From IMG/VR virus record IMGVR_UViG_3300020578_000044: a DNA stretch of 64,000 nucleotides. One strand, given 5' to 3'. Of the stretch, positions 57,920 through 64,000 are shown piece after piece. Each line of letters opens with the position of its first letter. Positions within the stretch are counted from its first letter, which is position 1. The translations under genes and the position numbers were made by a program. The notes below the pieces were generated by a model that saw only the letters and a program-made list of their open reading frames with translations, had not been told where the DNA came from and made no database searches. The DNA is from an uncultured virus (IMG/VR IMGVR_UViG_3300020578_000044). Lineage: Duplodnaviria > Heunggongvirae > Uroviricota > Caudoviricetes.

Positions 57920-60900
57920 TTACTGCCCTCCATAAAGATGATTATATTTATTGTTTCCCATTTTTGTATGTCCAATTTTATTTCTATCTAGATTTCCGAC
58001 AACACCAGCAGTAACCAATGGATCCCTCCTGGAGGAAGGCAACGAAGTCATGGAAGCAGTGTAGGTATTCGTAACACTATTTTGATTATAGTTTTCTAAT
58101 GGTTGCCGTTCAAGTGTTTCGTTATATAAATCTCTTTCTTCTTTTTTTCTAAACAGATAGTAACCACCAGCCATGGCTGCTGCACCCATAGCAATCAAAC
58201 CAGCGTGTGGTTTTATGTTATTGTATATTTCAACACTTTTTGAAATATCTTGCTTTCGAGTTCCAGCTTTAATATTTTGTAAAGCTGTTCTCAGCAGGTC
58301 GTTATCACCAGCAAGTCGTTCTGCTACATCATTAGCACCCTTCAATGAAGATCTAGCAATGGCATTCATATTTCTGGTAAATGTGGTTCCAGCTGGAGCA
58401 GTGGCTCTTGCTGTAGTTTCGTCAAAGAAAAATACTCTCAATAAATCAGTAGAATCATCTATTACATTACCAAGAATTCTATTTCCAGTATCTCTAGTTA
58501 AATCTACTCCCATGGATGAAGCATTTTGAACTAATCTAGCTATTGGGCTATCTACGCCAGTATCTTCTATAAATCCTGCTACAACTCCTCTTTTAGCTAA
58601 AGCTTCTAATTCTGCTACTGCAGACTCTTTACTTTTTTTCTCAAAAAGAACTTTTAAGTTTTCTATTTCAGCTCGCAAACGAGAATCTGGTTCTTTTATG
58701 ATATTCTTATAGTTATCTGTCTCAACAAAATCTTCATATAACTTTTCTGCTATTTTTTTTGAAGTAAGACCAGAATCATCTCTGCCCTCTTGCCAGGTTA
58801 GGTTTAACATATTGTGCACTGTATGTTGATTAGTTTTATCATCTTTTATTGCTGTTTCAATAAAACTAAGAGACATATTAACTTTACCCTCAGCCAAAGC
58901 TTTACCCATATCGGGTATGCTTGGATCTGAAGCTAGTTCAATTGATTTAAAGTACTCATAAGGAAGAATTAGCTTCTTTCCTAAAGATGACTGAGTTTGA
59001 GATTCCATAATTCTCAAAGATGATTGGAATTTAAAGTGCGATACACCAAACTGAGAAACAACATCACCTATCTCTTCAGATGCTCCATATCTCATTGAAG
59101 TTCTGAATTGAGATAAATATGAGTCACTTACACCAGCCTTTGGCTGGGTGCTTAAAGTCTGGAATCTTTCTCTAGCCACACCACCGGTTGCCCTTGACAT
59201 CATATCGCCAAAAGCCAATTCAGTAGGACCTAAGATAGAGTTAGCCATTCCTAAACCAGACATTGTCTGACCATGAGAAACATATTGAGCCAATATCTCA
59301 GAAGAACTGCGTGCATTCATATTGAATCCCATAGAGAACGTTGGTGTTTTTGAGGGATTCATTAAAGAGCGAATTTGCCCAACAACACCCCTGATTGTAC
59401 CAGGTGAATCTCCGCCTATTACCCTGGGATTATCTGCAAAGTTTTCATAAAAATTACCAACATTGTGAATATAAGAATCCACATCTACAGGACTAATATT
59501 TGTTGGCATGCCGATTTGATCTATTAGTTCTTGTGCTATTAGAATATTTGAATTTTCTCTTCTTGTTAAACCCAAGCTCATTATTTGTTTTTCAAATGGG
59601 TTTATTCTTCTCGTAATCGAAGGAGCTGCCCCTTGTGGGGTTAAATTAATTGTTTTGTCATACTGTGTATCTTGAGCTCCTGTAATGACACTTCTTAAAT
59701 ATTCTTTTGCTTGAACCTTATCTAATTCTATTGGGCTTCCTTGTCCAGTGAAAATCTTATACGAACCCTGATCATACTTTATAAAGCCTTTTTCAATATC
59801 TGCACCAAAATCTACACCAAAAGTCTTTTTTGCTTCCTGCGCATCAATCATAATGCTTGTGCTAGCCAGTCCCTCATCTGTTTGTATGTATCTAAGAGCT
59901 GCTTGAGACAACTGTCGCGGATCAGATATGTTTGCTTCTGGTACAATTGCTGAGGACTTTAGCGCTGTTAATCTCGCCATATCTATGATATCTTTAGATA
60001 TTTTTGCACCGGGCTCTTTTGTCTTCGGATTACGAAAATCTAATTTACCCTGATGTATATACTTCAACATGTAGTCCTGCATAATTGTGTCAGTTTCAGC
60101 TACGTGAGAACCTTCAAATATTTTTGCAAAAACCTCAGGCGCATGATCTTCGGCAGCTATTAAATCCAATAGATTTGTATTCATGATGAAGTTTTCCATA
60201 GCGGCATATGTAGCTTTTCCTCCACGAGAAATATCAGCTAAGGTTTCTTCCGCAAAAAAGCTTTTTATAAATCTATCTCCTCTAGCAATAGCATCATCAG
60301 GCGATAAACCTTCAGTTTGCTGAAATAGATTTCTCATATATTGACGACCAATTTCAAGTGTATCTATCATGAAATTGGGATTATTATCTACTCTATCTAA
60401 AAACTTATTAACTACCAGATTAAGTGAAGCATTCTGCTTGTAGCCCCTCATTGACCTAGCTGTATCGAGCAATGTATTTATGTCATACTGAATGTTGTGT
60501 CCAGTAAGAAAATCAACTTCAGATTCATCAGAAAGATAACCAAATAATTTTGTCATCCTTTCCATAAACTCATCTTCATTACCAATAATATTTCCTAATT
60601 TGTCAAACCCTTCTTGCTCAGCTATAAACTGGCTCAAAGTTTGACTATCACTAGCCAGAACACCCGCAAGTCTTGGTGAGTCATACATAAAATCCATGCC
60701 TTCTTCGGCAACCTTAACCATTTTAGCTGCCTCATCCAAACCAGTTCTCTGTATCAAAGAAACAGATCTAGCCTGAGAGCCAAACATTAGTCCAGTAGAT
60801 TCAATGTCTATCGTTGCTATTTTTGAAGTTTGAGTAAAAAGACTTCCATTAGCAATAGCAGATATCTGAGACATGTTTCTTTGTATCTGCGAGGAAGACA

Positions 60901-61432
60901 TGATGTTTTGCGTATTGAATGTCATGTCAGATATAGACTCAGACATAGGGTCAACGTTAAATATCATTTTATTTAAAACTGAAAAAACAGGATGTTCCAT
61001 TTTTTGGTTTATGTCAAACATTAAACCAACTCTTACATCATTAGCACCTTCTGGTAAGGCAATATTGGGGAAGCCAACATTTGATATTAGATCACCCAAT
61101 TTAACAACCTTAGTTCTATAATTAGATATTAATTCTTGTCTTGCCTGATAATTAAAATAAGATAAATCAATTTTACCCATTTTACGAAGATGCTCTACAT
61201 CTACAACGTTTACCATTCCAGGCTTAAGCTTTTCTGGATCAGACAACATCCTGTAATACATATTCTCAAACTCTTTTTGTGACTGCATAAACTCATCTGC
61301 AGTCCCGTATATGCCTGTTGCTGTTTGATCATTTAAGATCACTTCGCCAATACCTTTGTTTTTCTTAAAAGGAAAGGATTGAGTACTTTTGTCGACTAAT
61401 CTAGATAGTCTTTGAAAAAGCTCTTCTGACAT
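57920..61432 (-). CDS. Large protein with DEDDh 3'-5' exonuclease domain and C-terminal hydrophobic anchor
   Basis: 1170 aa; IDIESTGL (ExoI), GHNIQYD (ExoII), IDTL, SHVAETD (ExoIII); AGLIAMGAAAMAGGYYLFRKK near the C-terminus. Confidence 0.8.
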   Translation of the reverse strand: MSEELFQRLSRLVDKSTQSFPFKKNKGIGEVILNDQTATGIYGTADEFMQSQKEFENMYYRMLSDPEKLKPGMVNVVDVEHLRKMGKIDLSYFNYQARQELISNYRTKVVKLGDLISNVGFPNIALPEGANDVRVGLMFDINQKMEHPVFSVLNKMIFNVDPMSESISDMTFNTQNIMSSSQIQRNMSQISAIANGSLFTQTSKIATIDIESTGLMFGSQARSVSLIQRTGLDEAAKMVKVAEEGMDFMYDSPRLAGVLASDSQTLSQFIAEQEGFDKLGNIIGNEDEFMERMTKLFGYLSDESEVDFLTGHNIQYDINTLLDTARSMRGYKQNASLNLVVNKFLDRVDNNPNFMIDTLEIGRQYMRNLFQQTEGLSPDDAIARGDRFIKSFFAEETLADISRGGKATYAAMENFIMNTNLLDLIAAEDHAPEVFAKIFEGSHVAETDTIMQDYMLKYIHQGKLDFRNPKTKEPGAKISKDIIDMARLTALKSSAIVPEANISDPRQLSQAALRYIQTDEGLASTSIMIDAQEAKKTFGVDFGADIEKGFIKYDQGSYKIFTGQGSPIELDKVQAKEYLRSVITGAQDTQYDKTINLTPQGAAPSITRRINPFEKQIMSLGLTRRENSNILIAQELIDQIGMPTNISPVDVDSYIHNVGNFYENFADNPRVIGGDSPGTIRGVVGQIRSLMNPSKTPTFSMGFNMNARSSSEILAQYVSHGQTMSGLGMANSILGPTELAFGDMMSRATGGVARERFQTLSTQPKAGVSDSYLSQFRTSMRYGASEEIGDVVSQFGVSHFKFQSSLRIMESQTQSSLGKKLILPYEYFKSIELASDPSIPDMGKALAEGKVNMSLSFIETAIKDDKTNQHTVHNMLNLTWQEGRDDSGLTSKKIAEKLYEDFVETDNYKNIIKEPDSRLRAEIENLKVLFEKKSKESAVAELEALAKRGVVAGFIEDTGVDSPIARLVQNASSMGVDLTRDTGNRILGNVIDDSTDLLRVFFFDETTARATAPAGTTFTRNMNAIARSSLKGANDVAERLAGDNDLLRTALQNIKAGTRKQDISKSVEIYNNIKPHAGLIAMGAAAMAGGYYLFRKKEERDLYNETLERQPLENYNQNSVTNTYTASMTSLPSSRRDPLVTAGVVGNLDRNKIGHTKMGNNKYNHLYGGQ

Positions 61433-62148
61433 TAGTCGATGTCCTTTGGTGAATCTATTTCAATATAATCATCTTTATCATAAATGCCCAGTTTTTGTTT
61501 AAGAACTTTTTCTCTTTGATTCTCTAAAGACTGAACTTTATAAAGTATATCTGATATAGCTTGAGCGCTATCAAGCTGAGCTTGTCCAACCTTAGCTTTA
61601 GCTTCTCTTGTGGCAAGCAGTTGATTTCTTAGATCTTTTCTACGCTTATGTAATCTGTCTTCCAGTTCTACTGCAAGGTGTAGCTCTTTTTTAAGGATTG
61701 GCTGGCCATCACTATCAACGCCAATAATATTTTCTTGCACAAAATGTTCTTTAGCAAGAAGTTTTGTTTTGCGAATATATTGAACCTCTTGATCAACAAG
61801 ATCTCTAACCATAGAAACTTCAACCAAATTGTCTGGATGAACATCTAGCTGTTCCATGTATTCCTTGGTAAATTGTGCAACTATAGACATTTCTATAGGA
61901 CAGGGCTTTCCGCGTGGTGCTAGATTTTCCTTGAGGAGTGGACATGTGTCTGCAAAAGTGCATTTATGCGCCTCACAATTCATAGGAATAGAAGAAAACA
62001 TGGATGTTCTAGTTTTCTGAGGCCGGACTAATTCAACAGCCTTTTCTTTTTCTTCATCTGTCCAATTGTCAGGAAAAAACAAATCTGGACGCAGGGATTC
62101 AAAATCTTGTAAAAATTTTCCCTTGTCACTCTTTTCTATGTTGCTCAT
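61432..62148 (-). CDS. Cys-cluster/coiled-coil protein, possible terminase small subunit
   Basis: 238 aa; CxxxxCxxxxxCP...CP then long helices (LLATREAK); upstream of terL. TerS call is positional. Confidence 0.4.
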   Translation of the reverse strand: MSNIEKSDKGKFLQDFESLRPDLFFPDNWTDEEKEKAVELVRPQKTRTSMFSSIPMNCEAHKCTFADTCPLLKENLAPRGKPCPIEMSIVAQFTKEYMEQLDVHPDNLVEVSMVRDLVDQEVQYIRKTKLLAKEHFVQENIIGVDSDGQPILKKELHLAVELEDRLHKRRKDLRNQLLATREAKAKVGQAQLDSAQAISDILYKVQSLENQREKVLKQKLGIYDKDDYIEIDSPKDID

Positions 62149-62311
62149 TTAAATCAATCCACTCGCTATCATAGGAGCCATCAGAATGAAATCTTTCTAT
62201 TGTAGCACTTTTGCAGTAAGAACAATACATGTCTCTTGTTAAATATCTTTTTGAGAAATCAAAATATTCAGTTATAACTTGAACCATGCCGTTACATCTG
62301 GGACAATTCAT
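62126..62311 (-). CDS. Zn-ribbon protein
   Basis: 61 aa; CPRC...CSYC. Confidence 0.6.
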   Translation of the reverse strand: MNCPRCNGMVQVITEYFDFSKRYLTRDMYCSYCKSATIERFHSDGSYDSEWIDLNEQHRKE

Positions 62312-62714
62312 CTAGAGCTTTCATTAAACCCTTCTGTAGTTTACTGGCTACTTCTGCATTTTGAATTGCATTATAGAAAATGCCAACTTCTCTAATTTCA
62401 TCAGAGGTTAGATAAGGCGATATCCTGTATCTGGATCCCTTACATATTTCGCAATAAAAATCTTTTTCCTCATTAAAACAAGTGCACTTTTCAATTAAAT
62501 CAAAAAACTCTAATGAATCAGCTATTTCAAACCATTTTGACTTAAACAATTTTTTTGTCTGCTCTTTAAATGCTCTAAGCTTTTGCGGATCATTAGATAA
62601 TAATGTTCCCATATCTAAAGACTGTTTCATCAAATCATTTATTGTCTTATACAAAAAATTTGCTAACTGAAAATCACCATTAACATCTGTAAACTTCTTC
62701 CAATCATTCATCAT
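62292..62714 (-). CDS. Hypothetical Zn-binding protein
   Basis: 140 aa; CTC...CEICKGS. Confidence 0.65.
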   Translation of the reverse strand: MMNDWKKFTDVNGDFQLANFLYKTINDLMKQSLDMGTLLSNDPQKLRAFKEQTKKLFKSKWFEIADSLEFFDLIEKCTCFNEEKDFYCEICKGSRYRISPYLTSDEIREVGIFYNAIQNAEVASKLQKGLMKALDELSQM

Positions 62715-62733
62715 AATTCCTAACTATTATTTT

Positions 62734-63195
62734 TTAATATCTATACATTGACTGTCTTCCAGAGGAAGCGCCTTCTCCTCTTCTGTTCATTGCTACTCCA
62801 GCTGCAACACCAAGGCCAAGACCTATGCCCAAAAGACTTCTTTTACTCATTTTCATCCCCTTAGTAGTAACCGGGGGAACCGAGGGACCGTGCATCATTC
62901 CCGTGTCAACGCCACCTAATTTTGCAGCTGCCTGTCTCATTGATGACTGCCTTGCTCTTGCTGCATCAATTCCAGCCATTCTCTTTGGTGTCATAACTGT
63001 TCTTTTTGCATCTCTTGCTGACCCCGGTGCATTCGCTGGATTAAAACCTGGCAAAAAGGGTTGTCGCGGTCTTGATGGGCCCATGGTTACTGGAACTGGC
63101 CTTCTTGCTCGTGCATTTCTTGCAGCGGCGGAATGTGGCCCGACCATTGGCCCTCTCGTGGGTGTTTCAAATCCTGGTAATTGCATTTGTGGCAT
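62734..63195 (-). CDS. Basic disordered protein with C-terminal transmembrane-like helix
   Basis: 153 aa; Arg/Pro/Met-rich; LLGIGLGLGVAAGVAMNRR. Confidence 0.65.
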   Translation of the reverse strand: MPQMQLPGFETPTRGPMVGPHSAAARNARARRPVPVTMGPSRPRQPFLPGFNPANAPGSARDAKRTVMTPKRMAGIDAARARQSSMRQAAAKLGGVDTGMMHGPSVPPVTTKGMKMSKRSLLGIGLGLGVAAGVAMNRRGEGASSGRQSMYRY

Positions 63196-63211
63196 GTCTA
63201 TCGTTTTTCCT

Positions 63212-64000
63212 CTACTCTATATTTGCTTTTCTTTTTGTTGGCTTTTGAAAATCAAAAGTAAAACTATTATTAAGATAGTCAATATAAAATATAGTACCCT
63301 TTGGTATGCTGCTATTAACAATAGTTTTAGCAAGTGGTGTTTCTATAACATCACGTCTCACCTGAGAGATGCCTCGTGCGCCTTTAACTGTATCTATCCC
63401 TTTATCTATCAGGGCATTTATAACATTGTCAGTGTAAGCAATTGATAGCCCTTTTCTGGAAAGCTTGTCAGCTATAAGGCTCATTTCCATTTCTGCTATT
63501 TTTTGACAGTTTTCATAATTCAAATGATTAAATATAACAATTTTGTCTAATCGGTTAATTAGTTCTACTTTAAAATATTTATTAATAGCCTCGTGAGCGT
63601 TTCTTTGTACAACAGATCTTGGTGGTACTTCTTTTGTTTCTCTTTTAAAAACAACATTTCTTGTGAAGCCAGCACCAGTAGAAATTATATGATCAACTGT
63701 TTTATCGTTTCCTAGATTGGTCGTTAATATAATAATACAATTTCTGAAGTTAACGCTTTCACCTTTAGAATCTGTAACCATACCTTCATCAAATATTCTT
63801 AAGAAGGTGTTCCATATGTCAGCATGTGCTTTTTCGACTTCATCAATCAGCACAACGGTATTTGGATTTTTCTTGATTTGGTTAGTTAATTGACCCCCAT
63901 CATCATGACCTATGTAGCCCGGTGGTGAACCTAAAAGCTTTTGATTTTCATGTTTATGTTGATATTCTCCGCAGTCTATTCTAACCATGGAGGAATTGCT
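63212..64000 (-). CDS. Clp/Hsp100 family AAA+ ATPase, NBD2 region (partial, begins outside window)
   Basis: RIDCGEY..H...KLLGSPPGYIG...GGQLT, VVLIDEVEKAH, IIILTTN, ELINRLD, GAR; reading frame is open to the window edge. Confidence 0.9.
   Translation of the reverse strand, partial: SNSSMVRIDCGEYQHKHENQKLLGSPPGYIGHDDGGQLTNQIKKNPNTVVLIDEVEKAHADIWNTFLRIFDEGMVTDSKGESVNFRNCIIILTTNLGNDKTVDHIISTGAGFTRNVVFKRETKEVPPRSVVQRNAHEAINKYFKVELINRLDKIVIFNHLNYENCQKIAEMEMSLIADKLSRKGLSIAYTDNVINALIDKGIDTVKGARGISQVRRDVIETPLAKTIVNSSIPKGTIFYIDYLNNSFTFDFQKPTKRKANIE

Noticed and set aside
57920..61432. Replicative DNA polymerase call
   Set aside because: Only the exonuclease motifs are visible; no family A, B or C polymerase motifs recognised
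382..62670. All other short plus-strand and nested minus-strand ORFs in the track
   Set aside because: They overlap long, motif-bearing minus-strand genes and have no independent support
62825..63445. 206-aa plus-strand ORF
   Set aside because: Antisense to two credible minus-strand genes
1..64000. CRISPR array, tRNAs, DGR, integrase/transposase, stop-codon recoding
   Set aside because: Intergenic gaps are tiny, no repeat-spacer arrays or such enzymes were seen, and very long ORFs are intact in the standard code

Overview
A 64-kb, AT-rich fragment of a large tailed dsDNA phage with a contractile tail. It covers the virion morphogenesis region. All credible genes are on the minus strand, tightly packed, and read in the standard genetic code. 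In transcription order (right to left): a truncated Clp/Hsp100 AAA+ ATPase, small Zn-finger proteins, a possible TerS, a 1170-aa DEDDh-exonuclease protein, Gly/Ala-rich putative internal proteins, terminase large subunit, a tail fiber with an S74-type chaperone, portal, a GT-A glycosyltransferase, prohead protease/scaffold, capsid decoration protein, major capsid protein, neck/fiber genes, two sheath paralogs, three tube paralogs, two chaperone paralogs, a 2231-aa tape-measure-like protein, a 1691-aa protein, a 3718-aa baseplate hub, a dual M15-peptidase/transglycosylase, and spike, wedge and baseplate-J genes. Highlights: (1) the 1691-aa protein looks like a divergent single-subunit double-psi-beta-barrel RNA polymerase (SDG, R..KG, GGFDLDD, with RQP after rather than before the Asp loop), encoded inside the tail operon and probably virion-packaged; (2) it shares a C-terminal hydrophobic-helix/basic tail with the exonuclease protein and a 153-aa protein, suggesting a set of ejected, membrane-anchored proteins; (3) the hub carries an apparently intact SNase nuclease domain; (4) an Ala-Thr-Pro tripeptide is concentrated in small structural proteins of a phage that encodes a glycosyltransferase in its head module; (5) a recurrent TACTAT promoter-like motif sits about 28-30 nt upstream of structural genes. 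All calls come from manual motif recognition; no database searches were run.
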